From a virus (lineage: Duplodnaviria > Heunggongvirae > Uroviricota > Caudoviricetes): a DNA stretch of 64,000 bases. Of the stretch, positions 36,837 to 44,863 are shown piece by piece; positions within the stretch are counted from its first letter, which is position 1; each line of letters opens with the position of its first letter. A program made the translations under genes and the position numbers. Below the pieces are notes generated by a model. The model was not told the DNA's origin. It made no database searches and saw only the letters and a program-made list of their open reading frames with translations. The DNA is taken from positions 104,808-168,807 of IMG/VR virus record IMGVR_UViG_3300050821_010761, one strand, 5' to 3'.

Positions 36837-37640
36837 TTATGCAGTGAGTAGCTTAGTCGCCTCGTCCCAGATTGACGCATTAAGGTCAATCGACTTGACC
36901 GACTGTTCACTGATACGTCGAGCGGTACCGTTGCGGACCGTTGCAATGCCGTTTTGATCGGTGGTGGTGGTTTGATAGCGGATGCCAAAACGAATTGCAT
37001 TCTCTTGTATCACGTTGAGAACACTAAATAAATCCGATGCCTTATCGTCGGCACGTCTAACCCTAAGCAGGTCTTGTGCCTCAATTTTGGTCACATTCTC
37101 AGTTTGAGCCAAACGAATTTGAGCTACGTTTGTCGCTAATTGAGACAGTTCAATAGCACTAACTTGACGTGCCATCATGGAACGTACCATATTGGACAAC
37201 GCTTGACGTTGCGCGACTAGTTGAGGGATGAGTGTGTTCAATTCTGATACAGGATCACCTAAATGTTTCACTTTGACTGTCTCAAAATCCCTTACACCGA
37301 CAACTAGACCGTTCTTGCAAACCAAGCGATATAAGCCTAACATGCCAACTAGGGAGCCGTAGAGATGAGGGACCTTAAAGACGATACGGAAGTCTAGACC
37401 GTCAATGCCTAGACCGTTGTCGCGTGCCTGATAGACTGCAACGGTGTTTTGAAAATCGGCGCGGTCTGGATTGCGTGCCTTGCCCGTTTTGAGACCGATA
37501 AGGTCAAAACCGTGTCCATCCAAGACTTGAGCAATTTGAGATGGTTGGATCACTTTGAAACGTTCCGACTTATCGGCGTGCCGTTGGTCTTGAATGAAAC
37601 TAGTTGAGATGCTCGGTGCCGTGTTTTGATTATAACGCAT
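36837..37640 (-). CDS. DUF932/TIGR03299-like phage-plasmid protein
   Basis: Start MRYNQNTAPS with RBS AAAGGGGAATAT. Size and N-terminal pattern resemble the DUF932 family seen on plasmids, ICEs and phages. Confidence 0.45.
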   Translation of the reverse strand: MRYNQNTAPSISTSFIQDQRHADKSERFKVIQPSQIAQVLDGHGFDLIGLKTGKARNPDRADFQNTVAVYQARDNGLGIDGLDFRIVFKVPHLYGSLVGMLGLYRLVCKNGLVVGVRDFETVKVKHLGDPVSELNTLIPQLVAQRQALSNMVRSMMARQVSAIELSQLATNVAQIRLAQTENVTKIEAQDLLRVRRADDKASDLFSVLNVIQENAIRFGIRYQTTTTDQNGIATVRNGTARRISEQSVKSIDLNASIWDEATKLLTA

Positions 37641-37693
37641 ATATTCCCCTTTGTTTTGGCACTGCAACGTTGCCGTGCCTTATATACATCTTA

Positions 37694-37873
37694 TCGTCAC
37701 TTTCGCAAAATACTAAAGAACATTTTGCAAAATATTCAAATCGTCTCGAATTAATACGTTATGAGTGGCAAAACCGATAAGACTCATCCAAAACAGCGTT
37801 TGATTGCATTGGTCGAAATGTATGGATAAGTCCCAAATCACCTTGAGCAAAATTATATGTCTCATAATGATAC
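37694..37873 (-). CDS. hypothetical protein (59 aa, below ORF-track cutoff)
   Basis: GGAGTATCATT-ATGAGAC start context identical to its neighbours. Confidence 0.3.
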
Positions 37874-38059
37874 TCCAAACTCATTCGTTTTGATCTGTTT
37901 CAATTTAAGACGTAGCTCAATCTCAATGCGAGCCACGGCAGTCTCAATACAAGAGTGTATCCCGTCCCATTCAATGGTAAGCGTACCAAAACGAGACCCT
38001 TTGCTAACTACCTCAATGATTCTATAACCATAGCTACGTTGTCTTATAATGAAACGCAT
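37862..38059 (-). CDS. hypothetical protein (65 aa)
   Basis: GGGGTGCCTA-ATG start context. Confidence 0.3.
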   Translation of the reverse strand: MRFIIRQRSYGYRIIEVVSKGSRFGTLTIEWDGIHSCIETAVARIEIELRLKLKQIKTNEFGVSL

Positions 38060-38472
38060 TAGGCACCCCGCTGTAAAATGATCTGAATAGCACCGTTAGT
38101 AAACCCGAGACGTTTTGCCTGATCAAGGGAAATCTCAAAATGAAACGTCACCGTCTTAAAACCACGCTTAGCACGGTCCCTCAAACCACCGACACTAGGG
38201 ACGCCGCCTAAGCCAAACCGTCCATATAACCAGTTCTTGCAGTCAATCACCACGCCGTCGAAATAACCGTGTCGTTTCAATAGTTTGGCATCAAGTTTTA
38301 CCTCAACTAGTAACTCAATGACGTCGGCGCCGATATAGTTTTGTCTCAAAACCGCGACCTTAGCTTGATCAAATAAAGAGCCCGTCTCGTTTGGTCCAAC
38401 CAGTCTCAATTTGGCACGTGGTATACCATCGCCCAAACCCTCGCCCTGTATCAGTGTCAATAGATGTCTCAT
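38059..38472 (-). CDS. hypothetical protein (137 aa)
   Basis: Start at MRHLL with GGGGGTTATT-ATGAGAC. Confidence 0.4.
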   Translation of the reverse strand: MRHLLTLIQGEGLGDGIPRAKLRLVGPNETGSLFDQAKVAVLRQNYIGADVIELLVEVKLDAKLLKRHGYFDGVVIDCKNWLYGRFGLGGVPSVGGLRDRAKRGFKTVTFHFEISLDQAKRLGFTNGAIQIILQRGA

Positions 38473-38536
38473 AATAACCCCCAAGTAATAGTTTGATACA
38501 CCAGCTAGCGTCCCAAAATGAGACGCTAAAGCTGTA

Positions 38537-38740
38537 TCAATTCAATTCGATCACTTCTGATACACTAAGGATTTTGCCCCAAATTGGAGCGTCGTCCCCG
38601 ATCTCAGCACCGACCATCTCATAATAGATCACTTTGGCTTCGCAAATAGCTAACTCAATCGTTTTTGCCTCAACCTGATACGTTTTGGTGTGGTGGTTAG
38701 CCATGCGTCCTAGACCTAGAGTAACTGAAAATTGTCTCAT
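38537..38740 (-). CDS. hypothetical protein (67 aa)
   Basis: GGGAGTATCATT-ATGAGAC start context. Confidence 0.35.
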   Translation of the reverse strand: MRQFSVTLGLGRMANHHTKTYQVEAKTIELAICEAKVIYYEMVGAEIGDDAPIWGKILSVSEVIELN

Positions 38741-38763
38741 AATGATACTCCCTTGTAAATGTT

Positions 38764-38988
38764 TCATTCGTGTTTCATTTTAATAACAGATAAGGCGGAC
38801 CGCCATTTAGGCAGACACTCGTCAAAACGCTCGAAAATGGCATCGCTCGGTGTTTCAAGTCCTAACTCCATATAAAGTCCAGTCTGGTTCAATCGTCCCG
38901 ACTCAAGGGCCTCGAATGTCTCAATTATGGAATCTTCTTGCATACCGATCTGAAACATATAGTTGATCACTTGCATGAGTCTCAACAT
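38764..38988 (-). CDS. hypothetical protein (74 aa)
   Basis: AAGGAGTTTATT-ATG start. The shorter start avoids overlap with the lipoprotein ORF. Confidence 0.3.
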   Translation of the reverse strand: MLRLMQVINYMFQIGMQEDSIIETFEALESGRLNQTGLYMELGLETPSDAIFERFDECLPKWRSALSVIKMKHE

Positions 38989-39071
38989 AATAAACTCCTT
39001 GGTTTGGTCGAGACTTATTCCCGACTCATACCATCTTATCGGACGATCAAAACAAAACTTTAGTAAAATTT

Positions 39072-39221
39072 TCACTCCTCAAATAAAGAGCATTCGTGCA
39101 TATTTGATACAACCTGCATCATTTTGATACAGTCGTCATGCTTAGCCTGTTCTAAATCCGTGTCAACGGACGCGCAACCGACTAAGCTAAGTGAAAATAA
39201 TACAATAAAAATGTATCTCAT
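39072..39221 (-). CDS. mini-lipoprotein (49 aa)
   Basis: GAGGTATCATT-ATGAGAT start context. MRYIFIVLFSLSLVGC signal peptide with lipobox. Confidence 0.35.
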   Translation of the reverse strand: MRYIFIVLFSLSLVGCASVDTDLEQAKHDDCIKMMQVVSNMHECSLFEE

Positions 39222-39676
39222 AATGATACCTCACCCAAAATTGCCTCAAGTTCTCGAAATAATAGACTTTTTGCTACGTCTAACATTTTGCGTTCACCAA
39301 ACGACAGCTCTCTAAGACCGCGCCACGCCTCTAGGTCCGCGTAGACGTGAGCCATCTCAATTAGAGATCCCGTTTTGATACGCTCCATCAAGTCGCGGTA
39401 CCTCATATTCCAAGTCTGGTCTGAAACGTTTGGCTTAGGTCTATTTGCCTGTATTATTTGCAATGCCTTTATAGCGTCTTGTTTAGATGCCACGTGCCTC
39501 AAACCCAACTTCTCGGCACCGTTCATCGGTACCATAATAACCATGCCGCTGTCTTTAATTGAGACATTCAAAAATTTGTGCTTAGCACCAAGCATCTGTT
39601 TTGTCTCAATCGAGACGATCTGACCAACACCGTGTCCAGGATAGACGACGAACTGTTTCACTTTAAAGCGTTTCAT
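39218..39676 (-). CDS. CarD/CdnL-family RNA polymerase-binding transcription factor
   Basis: MKRFKVKQFVVYPGHGVGQIVSIE...VPMNGAEKLGLRH...MAHVYADLEAW...LSFGERKMLD matches the CarD_CdnL_TRCF pattern. AAAAGGGGTTATT-ATG start. Confidence 0.7.
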   Translation of the reverse strand: MKRFKVKQFVVYPGHGVGQIVSIETKQMLGAKHKFLNVSIKDSGMVIMVPMNGAEKLGLRHVASKQDAIKALQIIQANRPKPNVSDQTWNMRYRDLMERIKTGSLIEMAHVYADLEAWRGLRELSFGERKMLDVAKSLLFRELEAILGEVSL

Positions 39677-39861
39677 AATAACCCCTTTTCTTTTGCCTCA
39701 ATTTTATATACTTCGTTTGCGATCAATTCGAATATGGTCCAGCTATATCTAAGTGCCTCAGAACGAGAAACAGCTGGTTGGGTGGCACGGATTTTGCGTC
39801 CATCCCAGAATGTAACAGTTACAACGAATTGTTTCATTTCTAGACATCTTATCGTTAGCAT
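39673..39861 (-). CDS. hypothetical protein (62 aa)
   Basis: Start overlaps the stop of the upstream mini-ORF (ATATGCTAA). Confidence 0.3.
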   Translation of the reverse strand: MLTIRCLEMKQFVVTVTFWDGRKIRATQPAVSRSEALRYSWTIFELIANEVYKIEAKEKGLL

Positions 39862-40022
39862 ATAATAACCTCAATTGGAAAATTGCGGTATATCATTCGA
39901 GCGGTCTCTTCGAACATAGCGCCTAGAACCATGCCGTCAATAGTGTGAACCATATAAACAATGCGTCTCGATTTGAGATCAGTCCACCGTGGCGTCAATC
40001 GAATAGGATATAGGTGTCTCAT
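39855..40022 (-). CDS. hypothetical protein (55 aa, below ORF-track cutoff)
   Basis: AAAGGGGTTATA-ATGAGAC start context. Confidence 0.3.
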   Translation of the reverse strand: MRHLYPIRLTPRWTDLKSRRIVYMVHTIDGMVLGAMFEETARMIYRNFPIEVIIC

Positions 40023-40043
40023 TATAACCCCTTTGTAAACGTT

Positions 40044-40499
40044 TCAAAACATGACAGAATCACCGTTAGCTAAGAATGTCTCACGCGCCTCAATAGCCTT
40101 AATAACTTCTTCGTGTGTCTCACAATCAGTCGGACAGATATAGAACGTACCACCTGAGACGTATCCATATGAGAATTTTTGATCACCATAATAACGTAGC
40201 GTCCAATAGACCAAACCACTAACAGTCTCGCGTATCCATTCGATACAATAGAACTCATCCCCGAACGTCTTGGCATCAATAGCCTTGGTATCACCGTTGA
40301 ATAGCTTCATCTCATTTTGGCACGTTTCTAGTTCGTCTCGTTCTACCTCAAGGCTACATTCTAAGGACCTTATCTCGCGTTTGAGGTCTTCGATCTGTCT
40401 ATAGGTGTCGTCAACGCGGTTTTGCAAGTTAGCCTCAAGGGTTTGGAGTAACTCAAAATGATTCATCTGGTTATTTGGGAATACAGAAGTCCGTTTCAT
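40044..40499 (-). CDS. coiled-coil-containing hypothetical protein (151 aa), first gene of island operon
   Basis: AAGGGGTTTTGG-ATGAAAC start context. Preceded by a 1.1-kb non-coding leader. Confidence 0.4.
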   Translation of the reverse strand: MKRTSVFPNNQMNHFELLQTLEANLQNRVDDTYRQIEDLKREIRSLECSLEVERDELETCQNEMKLFNGDTKAIDAKTFGDEFYCIEWIRETVSGLVYWTLRYYGDQKFSYGYVSGGTFYICPTDCETHEEVIKAIEARETFLANGDSVMF

Positions 40500-41636
40500 C
40501 CAAAACCCCTTGGTTAGCGTTATACCATCTTATCGGTCGATCAAAACAAAACTCAAGTGAATTTTGAATTATTTTCACTGTATCATAATGAGTCAAGGCG
40601 TAGCCGACCAATGTCTTGCAATCTTTACACCGACAGTCCGTGGTTCTCTAGGATAACAACTTAGCATGCCATTGGAACGTCCTAACCCCGATAAGACAAG
40701 AATACGTCTATTTGGCATGTTAGGACACGTCTAGGCAAAACCGTCGCTTAGCGCTGTCAATAGTTGCGTCTCAATAGGAGACGAATAGGCTTGTGTCAGG
40801 CTGAGACACCAATTCAGCCATGAAGTCTCATAGTGAGACCTTTATACGCGCCTCACCCTCCCTTGGCGCCATTCTCGCCTAGTGTAAACGCACTGGGCAC
40901 TGTCTCGTCCTGAGATATCCTGACTAAACTATTGAAACAACTAAATAATTTCGTTATTGGACCAGTGTACTGTTGTTAGACTGAGCTAAGTGACACGGCG
41001 CCGATGACTGAGCTAGTGACTGTATCGGTGTGACACAACTAGTAGTGAGCCAAATTGAAACGTTTACATGTTACGGCACGATTCTTGCAAGGGGACATAG
41101 CTTAGTCTCGTTTTGATGCGGGTGGCTAAGGACTTGGACTAGTGGGATAGGTGTGTCATTTTGCTACGTCACTAAGCTATGTCTCAGTTTGGGACTGGGC
41201 ACGAATATTGCATCCCTGCAAGCGTCCATGCCAACGGTGTCTAAGGTATATACGTATCAGATGCGGCACTGTCATGAGTTTAGACAGCGTAAACATGCGA
41301 ATCCCCTAGGGAATCTCATATCGGGATATGGCATATGGATTGCACCCATGCCCTGAGCTACTTGCTCCCAGTGTTTTAACAAAAGTGTAAATTTTATAAA
41401 TACAACAAAAAAATTTCCAAAAACTGAATTAAATTTTTTCCGAGAAATTTTTACACAAAATCGCGTCACCACAGATGCATTGTATTGCTTCCAATGGCCT
41501 CTATACGCCCTCTAATGACTGCCCCATTATTGCCCACAATCACAGCCCATTTCTCACACAGCGCAGATGAGAACCTTTGGGACGTGCATCTAAACGGACG
41601 CTGGACAAACTATTGTAAACAGTGATATAATCCAAT
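40500..41636. promoter_or_regulatory. 1.1-kb non-coding divergent control region (candidate promoters, iteron-like repeats, possible ncRNA)
   Basis: No credible ORF. Repeats GACTGAGCTAAGTGAC (40981) and GACTGAGCTAGTGAC (41007), inverted copy GTCACTAAGCT (41170). 8-bp inverted repeat GTCCTAAC...GTTAGGAC at 40680-40730. AT-rich right-hand end. Confidence 0.5.
41602..41631 (+). promoter_or_regulatory. sigma70-like promoter with extended -10 (TGGACA-N18-TGaTATAAT)
   Basis: -10 element ends 5 nt before the ATG of the HNH gene, implying a leaderless or very short-leader transcript. Confidence 0.45.
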
Positions 41637-42380
41637 ATGGACAGCATTTTAAAAACATTTAAAAAAGGTTATAAATTTTGCAGTCAGTGTAAAATTGGAA
41701 AACCCTTCTCGGAATTTAAACCTCATAAAGTCGGTCCCTTTGGTTGGTATTCTAGGTGCCTAGCGTGTTCTACTAAGAAACAAAAAGAAGTATTACCCGT
41801 GGGATTTTGTCGATGCATCAAATGTAAAGAAATAAAAGAATTGACGACTAAACATTTTCAAAAGAGTAGCAGAGCGAAATCTGGATTTGACTCAAGATGT
41901 AAAATTTGCATAGTACAAATTCGTGCTGAATATGACACATCGTACAAGAGGGAATATGCAAAAGAATATAATCGTATCCACAAAAAGGAAAGAGCCGCCT
42001 ATATAGCAAAAAGACGAAAGGAAGACCCCGCCTTCAGAGCGCGAAGTAACGTTGGTCAATGGACCAGACAATTACTAAGGGCAAATAAGCTGAAATATTC
42101 AAAAATTATAGGTTGTACGCAGGGGCAATTCGTAAGACATTTAGAGAGTTTATTCGAACCAGGAATGACTTGGGAAAATTACGGAAACGGTCCTGGAAAA
42201 TGGCAAATTGATCACATTAAATCTTTAGCGTTAGCGATTCTTGAAGGAAGTGAAAGTTTTTCAAAAGCTTGCAATTATAAAAACTTACAACCATTGTGGC
42301 ACAGCGATCATGCAATAAAAACCGCGAAAGATGTTCTTTTGATCAGATCGTTTAAGGCACCTTTTAACGCACTGTCCTAA
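41637..42380 (+). CDS. HNH-family endonuclease with N-terminal Cys-rich region
   Basis: C-terminal WQIDHIKSLA...NLQPLWHSDH (His-Asn-His spacing). Multiple CxxC pairs at the N-terminus. No SD. Confidence 0.5.
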   Translation: MDSILKTFKKGYKFCSQCKIGKPFSEFKPHKVGPFGWYSRCLACSTKKQKEVLPVGFCRCIKCKEIKELTTKHFQKSSRAKSGFDSRCKICIVQIRAEYDTSYKREYAKEYNRIHKKERAAYIAKRRKEDPAFRARSNVGQWTRQLLRANKLKYSKIIGCTQGQFVRHLESLFEPGMTWENYGNGPGKWQIDHIKSLALAILEGSESFSKACNYKNLQPLWHSDHAIKTAKDVLLIRSFKAPFNALS

Positions 42381-42501
42381 TAAAAACCCTTTTACCCCTT
42401 ATGAAAATGCAGCCATAAAAACACTTGCGTTTAGCCTTTTGGTTGTGATAGTATTGGTTTAAACAAAGCGCCAAAAGCGTTAAATCCCAAAAGGAGTCAT
42501 T

Positions 42502-42846
42502 ATGCCAATAATCACCGCCGCCCAGGCTCGTGCTCTAACTAAACGAAAAGAAGAAGTTCTAAAAAAGAAAGTTGAAGAAGAACTCGTTTGGCTTAATGAG
42601 CAAATCGTTAAGCAGACTGAAGAGGGGTATTTCGACTATACAACTGGCACCTATACCGATAAAGCCATAGTAGATCTGACAAAAGAAAATCTTGAAAAAT
42701 TGGGTTTTAGCGTTCTTCTTATAGAGACTGGCACGAATCGCATGGTTTCACGGATTGAGCGTTTTCCAGATGGTAGCAAGGACCTGTGCGCAGAATCTAC
42801 TTACGTGAGACAAGATTTGTATAAATTATACATCAATTGGGCATAG
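42502..42846 (+). CDS. hypothetical protein (114 aa)
   Basis: RBS AAAGGAG plus ATG. Confidence 0.4.
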   Translation: MPIITAAQARALTKRKEEVLKKKVEEELVWLNEQIVKQTEEGYFDYTTGTYTDKAIVDLTKENLEKLGFSVLLIETGTNRMVSRIERFPDGSKDLCAESTYVRQDLYKLYINWA

Positions 42847-42847
42847 T

Positions 42848-43156
42848 ATGAGCAAACCTAAAGAATGGTGGATCAAGAAAAATCAATACGTCAGCATGGA
42901 TCCCAACTTCTATGAAGAATTTGATCCAGTAGTGTCTGAAACGGAATTAAAGACTGGCATCCACGTTATTGAAAAATCTGCATACGATGAAGTAGTGGCG
43001 GCTCGGGATCGCTGGTATAATGAACACCAAAAAGTTCTGGATGTAAAAAATGCATTGGTAGATGAACTTGAAAAAGTTAAAACTGAATTAAAAGAACAAG
43101 GTCAAAAACAATGGCACGAAGGTTACGAGCAAGGACGAATTGATTCACTAAAATAG
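42848..43156 (+). CDS. hypothetical protein (102 aa) sharing a HVIEKSAYD block with the 47607-48023 gene
   Basis: A 27-nt stretch is near-identical at the DNA level to one in the distant gene. Confidence 0.4.
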   Translation: MSKPKEWWIKKNQYVSMDPNFYEEFDPVVSETELKTGIHVIEKSAYDEVVAARDRWYNEHQKVLDVKNALVDELEKVKTELKEQGQKQWHEGYEQGRIDSLK

Positions 43157-43199
43157 TCGGTGCGTGATAGAAACTCTATAATTCGAATAATAGTCCGTA

Positions 43200-43541
43200 A
43201 TGGACATAGAGGCTAAAATGAAGTTCACAGAAGACGACGGTATTATTACTGCCAAACAAGCTACTAAAAGAAGCCAGAATGGCACAGAAGATTCCCTTAC
43301 CCGCGAAGCAGTTCGCGGGATTATGGCTTATGTTAAGCGAAGCTCAGAATATGGATACTGGAACACAACCATATGGAATAATCCAGTTATGTCGGATGAG
43401 ATCAAAGATATTCTAACTGACCTGGGCTATAAGTTCTATTTTAAACCATGCGGAACTAGTCGTCCAGATTGGGTTCGTTGGGATTGGATTATCAGCTGGG
43501 GTCCAGAAGCCTACGGCGATAATTGGCCCATTAAGAAATAG
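43200..43541 (+). CDS. Trp-rich hypothetical protein (113 aa)
   Basis: ORF followed by the hairpin CAGGGACC-TTTT-GGTCCTG. Confidence 0.4.
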   Translation: MDIEAKMKFTEDDGIITAKQATKRSQNGTEDSLTREAVRGIMAYVKRSSEYGYWNTTIWNNPVMSDEIKDILTDLGYKFYFKPCGTSRPDWVRWDWIISWGPEAYGDNWPIKK

Positions 43542-44072
43542 TTTTTAGACGTGAATGCGTGGAAGCTGTGTAATTCGCAGGGACCTTTTGGTCCTGTCGG
43601 TATCGATTCCGACCACTAGAACACGCGCTGATGATGGATAGGCGAAAACTGGTGCAAATTCCTATTCATGTCACCTTAGGCAGACGAAAGGTATCTGCAT
43701 CGGGGCACTTGAGTCATTTCGCGAATGACCACGTCTTTTCTTTGTAGATTCAATTATTTACATTTTTACAAACCATTTTCATAAATTTCTGAAATCACTT
43801 TGAAGAAATTACCTTGACTCACCTTTGGTTTGTGTTATCCTGATTCTGCAGTAAAGAACTGGTCGCTGGCATGCCAAGAGCGATTGCGGGTACATGTCCC
43901 GCCTTATTTTGTGACCTGCTCTGGGACGAAAACGTGAAAAGTAGTCTGGGGTCACGCGATTAGGAGAAATGATGCACGATTTCGAGAAGCCTAGGATTTC
44001 AAAGGACGAAAGGACGATTTATACACACGATTTCACCATCCTCGCAATGATCAGAAAAGAATTGGGATTATA

Positions 44073-44336
44073 ATGAAACGTTTAGATGGATACCAATGTG
44101 AGAATTGTAAGCAAATCCACATGACAGAGCGCGCAGCTATTGAATGTGAAAACGCCCACGTTATGCGCATGGAAAATGCTAAGGTAGTAGGTTTTTTTCG
44201 TAATGCAGATGAAACTTATGGCATAGATCGACATATTGCGCGTCAAATTCCTCAAACTATTTTCATAAGATTTTCCAAAGAATATGCTGATAATGCCACC
44301 TATGAACTAGTCCGCGTAGGACCGAAGGGAATGTAA
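44073..44336 (+). CDS. zinc-ribbon hypothetical protein (87 aa)
   Basis: CENCKQ...C motif. Confidence 0.4.
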   Translation: MKRLDGYQCENCKQIHMTERAAIECENAHVMRMENAKVVGFFRNADETYGIDRHIARQIPQTIFIRFSKEYADNATYELVRVGPKGM

Positions 44337-44339
44337 AAA

Positions 44340-44765
44340 ATGGGATATTCAGATGGCGTAAACTTCGACGTACTCGTTGGACAAACTTTATATTTTATTC
44401 AAGAAGACTCTGAGGAGATTATTTTTGAAACTGACACTGGTAAGAAATACAAAATGTACCACGGTCAGGATTGCTGTGAAAGCGTTTCGGTTGAGGAAAT
44501 CGTTGGCGATTTGGAAGATCTAATCGGCAGCCCCATTCTTTTAGCTGAAGAAGTATGCAACGATGATCCGCCAGCACATGTACAGGCTGAAAGAGAAGCA
44601 GAAAAATTAAAAGCTGAAGCTGAAGGTCGAACTTACTGGGGTCACGGAATTGAGACCTGGACATTTTACAAGCTTTCGACCATCAAGGGCTCCGTTACGA
44701 TTCGCTGGTATGGAACTTCAAATGGCTACTATTCAGAAGGTGTAGATTTTGAGGAAATAAAATAA
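44340..44765 (+). CDS. hypothetical protein (141 aa)
   Basis: RBS AAAAA-ATG tight spacing. Stop overlaps the next ATG (TAATG). Confidence 0.4.
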   Translation: MGYSDGVNFDVLVGQTLYFIQEDSEEIIFETDTGKKYKMYHGQDCCESVSVEEIVGDLEDLIGSPILLAEEVCNDDPPAHVQAEREAEKLKAEAEGRTYWGHGIETWTFYKLSTIKGSVTIRWYGTSNGYYSEGVDFEEIK

Positions 44766-44863
44766 TGGCGATCACGGGCGATAGACCAGGATTCATTATA
44801 GATGTGAATGGCAATCACGGGCGATAGACCAGGATTCATTATAGATGTGAATGGCAATCACGG
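44765..44863 (+). repeat. 43-bp tandem duplication (2.3 copies) at the 5' end of a gene, creating a 20-codon decoy mini-ORF
   Basis: Copy 1 at 44765-44807 and copy 2 at 44808-44850 differ at one base. Partial copy 3 at 44851-44863. Each copy begins ATGGC(G/A)ATCACGG. Confidence 0.8.

Larger units (their letters stand above)
32910..41380. other. compositionally distinct gene island (GC-richer, GAGAC/GTCTC-enriched, distinct RBS/start context)
   Basis: Sampled GC is about 47-52% versus about 35-42% in flanking modules. Initiation context AAAGGGGTTATnATG(A/G)AC recurs at 10 or more gene starts. GAGAC/GTCTC occurs at about 10 per kb versus about 2 per kb expected. Confidence 0.5.

Noticed and set aside
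41385-41402. TATAAATA, identical to the T4 late-promoter consensus
   Set aside because: Single occurrence in AT-rich non-coding DNA about 240 nt from the nearest gene. No similar element upstream of structural genes in this window.
41153-41472. Two mutually overlapping ORFs (41153-41356 +, 41272-41472 -) in the 1.1-kb non-coding region
   Set aside because: No RBS. They overlap each other. Composition unlike neighbouring genes. The region is better explained as regulatory/non-coding.
43572-43592. Hairpin CAGGGACC-TTTT-GGTCCTG after gene 43200-43541 considered as intrinsic terminator
   Set aside because: No downstream U-tract on either strand. Could still be an RNA processing/stability element, but not callable as a terminator.
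44765-44863. Tandem repeats considered as a CRISPR-like array
   Set aside because: Only 2.3 contiguous copies with no spacers. They overlap a gene start. Not CRISPR.
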